A program made the translations under genes and the position numbers. A stretch of DNA of 64,000 nucleotides from Caldisericia bacterium (lineage in GTDB: Bacteria > Caldisericota > Caldisericia > UBA6126). The stretch is from contig JAXGOZ010000006.1 of assembly GCA_040767255.1 (NCBI GenBank), positions 2,706 through 66,705 of the forward strand, in the 5' to 3' direction. The stretch's first letter is position 1; each line of letters begins with the position of its first letter. The notes below the pieces were generated by a model. The model searched no databases. It was not told the origin of the DNA and was given only the letters and a program-made list of their open reading frames with translations. This document shows positions 20,319-29,900 of this stretch, piece by piece.

Positions 20319-20679
20319 TGGTGGAGGTGACGGGAGTCGAACCCGTGTCCAAATAGAACAACAGTATACCGGAGTTACAAGCTTCCCTTGTTTTGTACTC
20401 TATTGTTGGAAACAAGGAACCAATCAATAGAGATCTGAAGAATTTTTTTAACTACCCTGTCTTTCTTCAGAAGAAGACGGGGTAGCTCCTTTTCTGTTTG
20501 CAGTTTAAAACCCCAAAAAGGGAGAGTTAAAAACTGAGTCGCAGACTAAGCTACGGCGTAATTGTTTGCGTAATTATTATAATTGGCAAATATTGTTTTG
20601 ATACATTTTTGACGGAGCCAAGTATCATCTCCGGCTTGCCGACATAGTGTAATCCTACTGTCGAAACCATTACACCCCC
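20319..20679 (-). ncRNA. ssrA: Transfer-messenger RNA (tmRNA, SsrA), ~361 nt. The predicted tag peptide is (A)ANYNNYANNYAVA.
   Basis: Reverse complement gives 5' GGGGGTGTAATGGTTTCGACAG… and 3' …GGACACGGGTTCGACTCCCGTCACCTCCACCA. This is a tRNA-like acceptor/T-arm with an encoded CCA, and the acceptor stem pairs. The internal reading frame GCC AAT TAT AAT AAT TAC GCA AAC AAT TAC GCC GTA GCT TAG ends in a typical …AVA* tag. Confidence 0.85.
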
Positions 20680-20731
20680 ATATTTTATTATCAAGCTTCT
20701 TTCCTTAAGTATACCCAATTGTAGAGGAATT

Positions 20732-21727
20732 TTACAATCTAGGAGATATTTTTTGAATAAAGTTTTGTTTGTGGAGTTTTGCAGCTTGTAAAACAGCGTT
20801 TTTAATAGCTACATGATCGGATGAACCATGACATATGATGGATATCCCTTTTATACCAAGGAGTGGCGATCCACCATATTCCCGATAATCCAACATTTTT
20901 TTCAGAGAGGAGAAGCTGTCCTTTAACAGAAGTCCTCCAAATGTATGCTTTAAAGACGAAGAGATTTCTTTTTTAAAGAATTCTTTAATGAAAATCATAG
21001 AACCTTCGACAGTTTTTAAAATGATGTTACCAATAAAACCATCGCACACCATTACTTGGATATCTCCACTAAACAAATCTCTTCCCTCTACAAAACCATG
21101 AAACGAAGATGGCATTTTTTCTTTTAGTAGAGAATAGGCAGCTTTGGTTAAAGCATTTCCCTTTGATGACTCACTCCCGTTGTTGATGATAGCCACTTTC
21201 GGTTCGGGGAAGGAAAACATTAAGGAATGGTATGTAGACCCCATTAAGGCAAAGTCAAGGAGGTTTTCGGGTTTACTGTCCAGGTTTGCTCCTGCATCAA
21301 TCAATGTGCTTATACCTTTGTTGGTGGGAAATGGTATTGCAATACCAGGGCGAGAAATGCCTTCAATTCTTCCAAGTACAAACAAAGAGGCTGCCATTTG
21401 AGCGCCCGTGTTTCCCGCACTGACAATTGCATCACAGGACTGATTCTGAACAAGCTGGATGGATTGATAAAGGGAAGATGTTTTTCCTGACTTCAATATC
21501 TTCGATGGTGATTCATCCATAGGGAAATTATCGGGAGCATGTACAATAGAAAAATGATCACGATACGGAAGATAATCACTCTGTTGAAGAGTGTTATCTA
21601 TTGAATCATGATCACCAACAACAGTAATAGAAATATTGTTACTGCTTCTGATGGCGTCTAGAGCACCTTTTAATCTGGTCGTATAGTCTAGATCACCACC
21701 AAGAGCATCTAGAGCTATGCGTGTCAA
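20732..21727 (-). CDS. plsX: Phosphate acyltransferase PlsX
   Basis: The N-terminus (M)TRIALDALGGD is the PlsX signature. The TTG start overlaps the rpmF stop (TTGA), the classic rpmF-plsX arrangement. The ORF track extends to 21802 only by reading through rpmF. Confidence 0.85.
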   Translation of the reverse strand: MTRIALDALGGDLDYTTRLKGALDAIRSSNNISITVVGDHDSIDNTLQQSDYLPYRDHFSIVHAPDNFPMDESPSKILKSGKTSSLYQSIQLVQNQSCDAIVSAGNTGAQMAASLFVLGRIEGISRPGIAIPFPTNKGISTLIDAGANLDSKPENLLDFALMGSTYHSLMFSFPEPKVAIINNGSESSKGNALTKAAYSLLKEKMPSSFHGFVEGRDLFSGDIQVMVCDGFIGNIILKTVEGSMIFIKEFFKKEISSSLKHTFGGLLLKDSFSSLKKMLDYREYGGSPLLGIKGISIICHGSSDHVAIKNAVLQAAKLHKQNFIQKISPRL

Positions 21728-21930
21728 GCTGTGGCCGGTTTCTCTGCTTTTTCTTTTATGGCAATAATGCTTTCCGTACCGTAGTGACCACAGTATTTGC
21801 ATACCGTATGGGGGAGAATCAATTTGTTACAATTTGAACATCTGGTTAATTGTAAAGGGGTCAACTTTTGCATTGCCCTGCGATGATTGTTTCTCCGTGC
21901 GGTTCTTTTCTTTTTCGGAACGTTCATCAA
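21724..21930 (-). CDS. rpmF: 50S ribosomal protein L32
   Basis: NVPKKKRTARRNNHRRA… plus the CxxC…CxxC zinc ribbon (CSNCNK…CKYCGHYG). Confidence 0.85.
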   Translation of the reverse strand: MMNVPKKKRTARRNNHRRAMQKLTPLQLTRCSNCNKLILPHTVCKYCGHYGTESIIAIKEKAEKPATA

Positions 21931-22007
21931 TATCTCCTTAATAACATAAAAATCAATAAAAATAACTGCAAGAAAAGTAGTATAGTAAACTGCAAATGAA
22001 AATCAAA

Positions 22008-22724
22008 TCAAGATTCGTTTTCTTTTCTTGCTGAACCAACTAAAAAGGCTCCCTTAAGTGGTTTGGTTACTCGACGGAAAAATTCTATTGTACGAGCTTC
22101 TGGTTCAAGGTATAGTGATGGGTGATAATTCAAAAATACTGTTGACTCGATGTTGGGTGTGGAAAAAGAAGGAAAAGTGTGAAAAAGTTTAAGAAAGCTC
22201 TTGTATGTAAAAAAGTTGGCGTTTGCATAAATGGTATCTTCGAAATCTGGTTGTTTTATCAAAGATTGAATCCAGATAGATTCTTTATTGAGAACCCCAA
22301 AAACTGCTTTACCTCCTGGAGCCAAACCACGATGTAACTCTTTCATTGTCTGTTCCAAGTCTTCAACAAATTCAAGGGAGCTGCAGGCAAAGGCAACATC
22401 AAAACTATTGTCTTGAAATGGGAGATCTTCAGCAGCAGATTCAATAAAGTGTATCGGAACGACAAAGTGCTTTGTTTTTTCTTTCGCAATGGAAAGCATT
22501 TTTTTGGATGGATCGATCGCCGTTACATGTGCTCCCATATTGGCAAAACGTATACTGTATATACCAGTGCCACATCCAATATCCAATACTCTTTTTCCCA
22601 TAAGATTGCCACAGTGTTTGCATAAAAGTTTATGTTCTAACTGGTCAACAAATTCGCCCAAGGGAGTTTTGTACCAGTCATCGTAACGATTTGAAATAGA
22701 ATCAAACAAGTCTTTATTTGGCAT
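22008..22724 (-). CDS. Class I SAM-dependent methyltransferase (Methyltransf_11-like)
   Basis: SAM motif I VLDIGCGTG and an acidic motif II are present. ATG at 22724 is preceded by GGAGAAGG. The upstream extension to 22925 has no homology. Confidence 0.75.
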   Translation of the reverse strand: MPNKDLFDSISNRYDDWYKTPLGEFVDQLEHKLLCKHCGNLMGKRVLDIGCGTGIYSIRFANMGAHVTAIDPSKKMLSIAKEKTKHFVVPIHFIESAAEDLPFQDNSFDVAFACSSLEFVEDLEQTMKELHRGLAPGGKAVFGVLNKESIWIQSLIKQPDFEDTIYANANFFTYKSFLKLFHTFPSFSTPNIESTVFLNYHPSLYLEPEARTIEFFRRVTKPLKGAFLVGSARKENES

Positions 22725-22818
22725 ATCCTTCTCCAGAAAAATGAAAGTTTTCACCACCATTTTACCACGAAAGAAAGAAATTATATAATAGCGGTACCAT
22801 CCACCAAAGGAGAGCAGA

Positions 22819-23877
22819 ATGAAAGATTTATATAAAGAAGCCGGCGTACAAACTCTTGCAGACGGTACTGCAATGCAAGGATTATTGCATTGGGTGAACC
22901 AAACTTTTCGTTTCCGATCCAACAATGAAACGGGACATGTTCTCTTGCCAATTGGCTTTTTTGCAAATGTTATCCATTTACATCAAGATATTGGCCTTGC
23001 CGTTTCTACTGACGGTGTAGGTACAAAACTATTGATTGCTGAACAACTAGAAAAATACGACACTATTGGGATTGATTGTGTTGCTATGAATGTAAATGAT
23101 TTGATTTGTGTCGGAGCTGAACCAATAAGTTTTTTGGATTATATTGCCGTAGCTGATTACGATTCTGCCATGATTGAGCAAGTTGCTATTGGATTATATG
23201 AAGGCTGCAAAATGGCAAACATACCCATACCAGGTGGTGAAATTGCACAAGTACGAGATTTACTTCACTCGAAGAAAAATGCTTTTGATCTTGTAGGAAC
23301 TGCTATTGGTGTTGTTAACAAAAACAAGATCATAACGGGAAAAAATATTGAAGAAACTGATGTTATAGTAGGATTCCCAAGTTCTGGTCTTCATAGTAAC
23401 GGGTTTACACTAGCGAGAAAAGTTTTATTACGTGAATACAAGAACCCACCCACAAGTTTGTTGCTTGAATTGCTTACTCCTACTGAGATTTATGTAAAGA
23501 CAGCTCTAATGCTACTGGAAAAATGTAATGTGAAAGGTTTCGCAAACATTACTGGTGATGGATTGTTGAATATTCTTCGCCTTGATTCTTCTGTAGAGTA
23601 CTGTATTGAAGATCCACTACCTGTCCCCACAATTTTTCAAACCATACAAGAAGCAGGTGAAATCCCTATAGATGAGATGTACAAAGATTTCAATATGGGA
23701 TTGGGTTTTGTTGCAATTTTATCTGAAAACGACTACAAAAATATTCAAAAGGATATGGAAGAAGAGGGGATTTCGCATAAGAAAATTGGTACTATCCGTC
23801 AAAATCCCTACCCCAGGTTAACAATTCCTTCCTTGTCATTGGTTGCAGAAAAAGGAAACGTGTACGTAGGGAAGTAA
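22819..23877 (+). CDS. PurM-like (AIR synthase-related) ATP-dependent enzyme family protein. Its substrate is unknown.
   Basis: The N-terminal PurM fold motif …VSTDGVGTKLLIA… and the C-terminal PurM_C-like region are present. It is 352 aa and divergent from the methyltransferase gene. Confidence 0.65.
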   Translation: MKDLYKEAGVQTLADGTAMQGLLHWVNQTFRFRSNNETGHVLLPIGFFANVIHLHQDIGLAVSTDGVGTKLLIAEQLEKYDTIGIDCVAMNVNDLICVGAEPISFLDYIAVADYDSAMIEQVAIGLYEGCKMANIPIPGGEIAQVRDLLHSKKNAFDLVGTAIGVVNKNKIITGKNIEETDVIVGFPSSGLHSNGFTLARKVLLREYKNPPTSLLLELLTPTEIYVKTALMLLEKCNVKGFANITGDGLLNILRLDSSVEYCIEDPLPVPTIFQTIQEAGEIPIDEMYKDFNMGLGFVAILSENDYKNIQKDMEEEGISHKKIGTIRQNPYPRLTIPSLSLVAEKGNVYVGK

Positions 23878-23892
23878 CTGTTTAGTTCACAT

Positions 23893-25707
23893 TTATTGTC
23901 CTGGGTATGTAATATAGATCTTTTTGGTGTTTGCTTCCCATATAACCGATGCACCCAATGCTTCCGTCACAAAACGTATAGGAACAAACGTTCGACCATT
24001 CTTGATCATTGGAGGAACATCCAATGTTACTTCCTTCCCGTTCAAGTAAGCGGTAGTACTTCCTACTACAACATCTACCCGATTACCATCCAGGATGTAA
24101 GAAGCTTTTTTCTGGTTACTATCCCAAAGAATCTCAGCATTTAAAGCTTCTCCTATAAACCGAAACGGGACAAGTGTTCTCCCGTTCTCGGTAAAAGGAG
24201 CTTCATCTAGTTCTACCCTAGTGTTGTCGATGTAAGCAGATTTAGAACCAATCTGTAAAACGATTGTTGTTCTTTTTTTAGGAGTAGATCCAGACTCTCC
24301 CAGTGTTAAAATTTGTATTCGTGAGTTTCCCGTATCAGCGATATAAACATATTCTTCTGTACTCCAGATGTCACAAGGATAATTAAAATACCCCTTTTTT
24401 TCTTGATACCCCTCAGCATTTGTAGGATAAAGGATTGCTCCATTTTCTCCAGCAGAGAAAAGCTCTTCACCTCTTTTTGTACAGAATAGTATTGAACCAT
24501 TTGTAGAGTTAAGAATAGACAAAATCGAACCAGATAGGTGAATATCCGAATAAAGACCCTCCATTGGTAGTGCAAACTCTGCAACCAAATACCCCTTCGA
24601 ATCAATAACCCTTACCTTTCTCAAGGCTGGAAGCAAAATGTATAAAAAACCGGACTCATCCACACAAATTGAGCTTTGAGAAGAAAAAGCAGGTTGATTT
24701 TTCAGGGAAGAGATCTCTAATTTTGCAATATCTTCTCCTTTTGAGTTAAAAGAGTATAAAATACCGTCAAACCATGAAAGAATGAAAAACTTTTGATCTT
24801 TGGGTCGATAATATATACTTGCTTTCGGAGGAATATAGGAAGGAAACTGTATAGATGAAGCTGTATTTTTCAATACGCTATACCGAAGAATCGTTAACTT
24901 AACTCCTTTTATGACGATAAATATTGTGTCTTCATTATCCATGAATAGCTGGATATCAGTACTAAAATCTGTCACGCTGACCAGGGATAAAATTTGGTTT
25001 AATGGGACAGATTTCTTGAGTACATCATTGTGATAGTAACTGACTGTATTTGACAGTAGATTGAAAGTAAAAATATTAATCTTATCGCCCGTAATGCGAT
25101 AAGGTGAAATTGTTTCGGACGCGCAAATTGGTATAAAAATTTTGTTTTCATTTTCAGAAACTATCTCAATACCCTTGTCTGGATTACAAAGCAGTATTGA
25201 TTTTTCAGAGAAACTACACATGTCAAACTCATTTTGAGAAGAAAATGCAAATGAATTGTTATATTCTCCTTGTGCTATGACGGCAAAAGTCTCCTTCTCC
25301 AATATATAGTAATAGGAGGGATGACTAAAGAGCGAAAGATATCCACCTGGATGACAAGCTATTTGGGTAGGAAAGTATTGAAGGTTTGAAAGTGTACTCT
25401 TTTTTTGGTAGGTTCCAGAGTGATCAAACTGATAAAGTGTAGCGTGAGAATTTCGAAGATCACCATAAGGAGCACTAAGAAGGTATATTGATTCTTTTGA
25501 AACTGCGATGTCAATCGTGGGGATAGCGTTGCCATCATCGTCTAATAATTCCCGTGCAATAAAGTCGTTATCTTCCGTGGTACCAATCCATGCAATGCCC
25601 TGAGATTGCTCTTTGAATACAATAAGTCGATCTTTTACTGCAGCAATTCGATTTCCTACGTTACCGATAAAACCCTTCACAGTGTTTAATTGGAATGTCT
25701 TCAGCAA
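23893..25707 (-). CDS. NHL-repeat beta-propeller protein with two C-terminal copper amine oxidase N-terminal-like (cell-wall-associated) domains. It lacks a canonical start or signal peptide and may be N-terminally truncated.
   Basis: NHL-like repeats are present (YVYIADTGNSRIQIL). The C-terminus has a duplicated module …NGRTLVPFRFIGEALNAEILWD… / …NGRTFVPIRFVTEALGASVIWE…. The frame stays open 150 nt upstream of the TTG 'start' with no ATG, GTG or TTG. Confidence 0.6.
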   Translation of the reverse strand: MLKTFQLNTVKGFIGNVGNRIAAVKDRLIVFKEQSQGIAWIGTTEDNDFIARELLDDDGNAIPTIDIAVSKESIYLLSAPYGDLRNSHATLYQFDHSGTYQKKSTLSNLQYFPTQIACHPGGYLSLFSHPSYYYILEKETFAVIAQGEYNNSFAFSSQNEFDMCSFSEKSILLCNPDKGIEIVSENENKIFIPICASETISPYRITGDKINIFTFNLLSNTVSYYHNDVLKKSVPLNQILSLVSVTDFSTDIQLFMDNEDTIFIVIKGVKLTILRYSVLKNTASSIQFPSYIPPKASIYYRPKDQKFFILSWFDGILYSFNSKGEDIAKLEISSLKNQPAFSSQSSICVDESGFLYILLPALRKVRVIDSKGYLVAEFALPMEGLYSDIHLSGSILSILNSTNGSILFCTKRGEELFSAGENGAILYPTNAEGYQEKKGYFNYPCDIWSTEEYVYIADTGNSRIQILTLGESGSTPKKRTTIVLQIGSKSAYIDNTRVELDEAPFTENGRTLVPFRFIGEALNAEILWDSNQKKASYILDGNRVDVVVGSTTAYLNGKEVTLDVPPMIKNGRTFVPIRFVTEALGASVIWEANTKKIYITYPGQ

Positions 25708-25936
25708 AGAGCCATCCGTAGAATAAATGTATAGAAAATTGTCTACACGAAGAAGAACTTCCTTGTCTAGTGAAGCTTGAATCCAATTGCTGAATGGTAA
25801 TTGGAGTTTGGTAGATATACAGGAAAAGCATTCAATAATTTGCCGAGAAAAATTTATCTACTAATGCTTGCTTTTAGACCATCCAACACCAGAATGTTAG
25901 ATTCATGATCCATGCACAAGTATGGGGTATCCGCCA

Positions 25937-26851
25937 CTATCTACTGGTCCATGTCCTATCGAATACCAAGTGTGTGGTTAAGTCTGCAAGAAGTGACAAT
26001 GGAGATGTAACAAGTAAAAGTGTTACCAAAAAAGACCGAACATTTTGAAAAAAGGAGTTATGCCTTTTGCTTTCATCTTGATCATCCTTCTTTCTATTCG
26101 AATCTTTTTCCGGATCATGGAAAATCGAATTCAATGGGTTGATTTCGTATCCACTATCCTTAATACGTTTTGATAGAAGAGAGGATTGTTTAGCAGAGTA
26201 TTCTGCCGCTCTTTTGAAACCATATATGAGAATAAGCCACTTTTTTTTTGGATTGTGCTTGCTATCGCGCATCATCTTTACGAACAAAGGGATAATCTTT
26301 GGCAAAATCAATACAGGTATGAGAATGCTCACATATCCCTCATATGGGTTGTACGTTTTTGTAAACACAAATAAAGGTACAAGGGAGAAACAGATTCCCG
26401 CTGCTAAAGAAATGTTTTTTGTGAGTGCATTCATAATGACTAATAAGGGAACCAACAAAAGGCTAACAAAAGGAAAAACTGCAAAGGAAACACCAGCTGC
26501 AGTTGAAGCTCCCTTGCCACCCTTAAAGTTAGCGAAAATTGGCCAGTTGTGACCACATATTGTTGATCCTGCGATTCCTAAAAACCATCCTCCATGAATG
26601 AATTCATTAGCAAATAAGTAATACCCTATGCTAGTGGGGATATATCCTTTAAGAAAATCACAAGCAAACGTAAAAACTCCCCATATCTTTCCAACAGAGT
26701 GATAAACATTGTTTGCACCCATGTTTTTGTATTCGTTTTTACGAATATCTTTGCCAGTTTTTAGCTTGCCAATAATTAAAGCAGAAGGAATCGATCCGAC
26801 AAGATATCCAAAAAGAGTTAAAAGCAATCCGTTAGAAATAGTACTCATCAT
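25937..26851 (-). CDS. plsY: Glycerol-3-phosphate acyltransferase PlsY with a ~110-aa Lys/Asp/Glu-rich C-terminal extension
   Basis: YLVGSIPSALIIGK and GHNWPIFANFKGGKGASTAAGV match PlsY motifs. The core is ~190 aa, followed by an extra charged tail, KMMRDSKHNPKKK…DQDESKRHN…. Confidence 0.75.
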   Translation of the reverse strand: MMSTISNGLLLTLFGYLVGSIPSALIIGKLKTGKDIRKNEYKNMGANNVYHSVGKIWGVFTFACDFLKGYIPTSIGYYLFANEFIHGGWFLGIAGSTICGHNWPIFANFKGGKGASTAAGVSFAVFPFVSLLLVPLLVIMNALTKNISLAAGICFSLVPLFVFTKTYNPYEGYVSILIPVLILPKIIPLFVKMMRDSKHNPKKKWLILIYGFKRAAEYSAKQSSLLSKRIKDSGYEINPLNSIFHDPEKDSNRKKDDQDESKRHNSFFQNVRSFLVTLLLVTSPLSLLADLTTHLVFDRTWTSR

Positions 26852-26904
26852 ATCCTCATAAAAAACTCTTATTCATTCAAAATGCAACACTCAAATGATA
26901 ACAT

Positions 26905-29900
26905 TTATTCACGCTTTGCGATAGAGGAAACGGGATTGTTTCCTGTCTGCGATGTTATTATGTCTTCTATGAAGACTAGTACATCATCGGATTTTTTTTC
27001 TGGATCAAGTGATAAAAAGCTACAGGAAACAAAGAAACAATTTTTTGCATTGTGTATCAAACCAATTCGTTGGTCTGATGTAGTACCAGCCAGGACAAAG
27101 CCCTCTTTAACTGGTATATCTCCCCATGTTAAAGGGAAAAAAGGTTCCCAATTTGCTCTTGATGGAATATAATATTCATCTTTTTGGTAAACACTGCTTT
27201 CTTGTTGGAGAATATGGAGAGGTTCTAAGTGTCGGCTGTAATTTGTGAATGAAAAAGTATTGGTTTCAATACCGAAGTGTTCAAGAAGAGAACGATTAAC
27301 GTCCTCATGATAACTATTAGGAGCAAAACCAAGAACAACTCCACCGTGGTCTGCAATATTAAAAACTTGTTGAATGATGGAAGAAGATATTTTTTTTGAG
27401 AAATCTTGCCAGACATCATCAAAAAGAAGCATGCCATGAAAAATATATTGATCCACAGCATTAGATGGGAAAATACAGTACTCAAATGTTGTATCTCTTA
27501 CTTCAGTAGATCGAGAAAGGTCATCGTTTAACTTGTGGACAGGGATATTTCGATGAATAGTAACGGGTATACGCGAATTCACAGGTATTCCTATACGGTA
27601 ATGATGCGGATGTTGAGAAACAACAATGTTGTATGATTCCTCATATTGCTCAACTTGATCATTGCCATTTAAATACGACAACGAAAGTGAAACTGTGTAT
27701 TTACCCTCTTGAGACGGCATAAGGGTTAAGAATCTTTCTGTTATTGACTCCAAGGGTTCTATATGAAGAGTCTCTTGTGTGTCTGAAAACTTAGTGTTTC
27801 CCGAAAAATCCCTGATTGAAATAGAAGATGTAGCTTTTTCTATGGTTTGATATCCTGTATTTGAGATTTGATAATAATAAGGTAAAGATTCACCAGGATA
27901 CACGTGCTTAACATGTGTGAAGGGAAATTCACAGATTAAACTCTCTGCTTTTGAAATATGGATCATATACCTTTTTTCATAGCCCAGGGTGTGGATAAGG
28001 CGCACACAGATTTTTGTTGGAGCGAGAGACTTAATGATTTCCATTGTTTCATGTGAAACATCCTTCTCAAAATATCTTTTTTCCGAGTTTTTATAGTTAA
28101 AAACGATTAGTTTTTCAAACGCTGAAAAGCTTATTTCTAGTGGTATTGATGAATCTAGAAAAAAACTATCATCGCGATACATGTCTTTTAACTCAATAAG
28201 AGACTCAATGTCGACGTCCATCTCACAATTTGTTGTGGGTGATGATTTTTCTGGCTGCAATATTTGGATGGTTGGGTCTCCTAGAAGTGTGAAACTAACA
28301 AAACTTTGAAGTGAAAAATCGTAATGCACATTTTCTTGGACATATTTTTGTAATGTTATTTTGCACATTTCACCTAATGTATCGGAGGATGATATGGAAC
28401 TGAAAAACTGCGTACAAATAGCATCCATGAGTTGTGGATTGGTATAATGAATTTCACCCTGAGAACCTGTTTGAATATAGAAGCTAGAATAATTTACCCG
28501 TGAGCCTCCAACAAAAGCAATTGCACCTGCTGGGGAAAGTAGTAGAGATTGACCAAATGAAGTTGGATATCCAAAAACAGGATCTGTTTCGTATGTAATG
28601 CCTGAATCTCTTGTGTCATAAGCACCATTCATACAGGAGTAGCTAAAAACGATCGGTAATGCACTTTCTGGCTGGAAATTCATGCAGTCACGAACATCAA
28701 CAAAACCTGGCTCTAAACGAATTTCACTTCCTGAACCATGGGCACAGATGTTGATAAAACCATAATGTCCGTTTTGAAGCAAACGGGAAACTTCAATATC
28801 ATTACATTTGTTATCGGTTAAATAAAATTTATCGATTGTGTTTTCGTTAGGTTGAATGATATCAACAAGATGTTGACATAAAAGTTCGCCAATATAATCA
28901 TGGTGGAAAAGATCCCCTCCTACTAACGCTTTTTTTGAAAACCAATCAATGTCAAGTTCTTGGTTCCAACATGCAATTTTTTCAATATAACGATCGCATT
29001 CTTCCAATGTCCTCACAGGTATTCTTCCAAGGTAACTTTCCAGCACAAGATTACTTCCTCCACCATTTGGGGACATATAAAAAAAATCAGAGGGGATGAT
29101 TTCATTGTAAAAATCATGAGATTGAGAGAAGTCAAAACGACGCAGGCTAACATATACGGAGGCAGGGACTAGCGTGCTGTCTCCTAGCAATGTAATATAT
29201 TGATATGGATTGGTTTTCATTCTGTTTTGTAAGAAAGCTTGTAGTTGAAGGGCCAATGGACCATCCCAGCCTTCAAGATGACCCAGATATTTTTTATTCA
29301 CCTGGGTAACATCTTGAAATGAACCTATGCTTCGATTTTTTTGAAGTAAAGAAAAAGAAGATCGTTGCACTTCCGATAGCAGGACAATTTCACTAGAAAA
29401 ACCCTTTTGTGCATGGAGCATTTTTAATCTATTGGCAGAGGATTTCCAGGCATCAGGACAAATGATGATTTCTTTTTTTTCATCTTCCATGACACCTTGA
29501 AAAGGTTCATCCAAACGGGGAACAAGGACAAAAGAGAACTCCTTTGCAAAAAAGACGATACCAGATCGAATTTGAAGCGGATAAACTTGAATTATACATA
29601 CTGCATTTGAAGCATCCCCTGTAATAACAAGGTCTACAATACTTCCAGGGAGTTCACATTGCTGGTTCTGTTCTATTTGATAGTTTGTAGCATACATTGG
29701 TGGTGATTGTCGGATTTGATTTTTTGATATGGTTCTGCCTTGGATTTTTAAAGGGCTCCAAACAATATTTTGAATAAAAACATCTGCATTATGCGTTACT
29801 TCTTGCGATATACTTGAGTGTAAAAGAGAAGGTTGCCCTGGTACTTGCAAAGAATGACAATCTTGTAATCGAAAACTGTACCTTCCGTTTACTTGTTCTA

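Noticed and set aside
21727-21802. Annotated plsX start at 21802 giving an N-terminal extension MQILWSLRYGKHYCHKRKSRETGHS
   Set aside because: That segment is simply the rpmF coding region read in another frame. The conserved PlsX start (M)TRIALDALGGD begins at TTG 21727, overlapping the rpmF stop.
26139-26552. 137-aa antisense ORF within plsY, and similar antisense ORFs inside res, mod, mnmG and the ALDH gene
   Set aside because: These are embedded opposite well-supported conserved genes, with no start signals and hydrophobic low-complexity translations typical of antisense AT-rich sequence.
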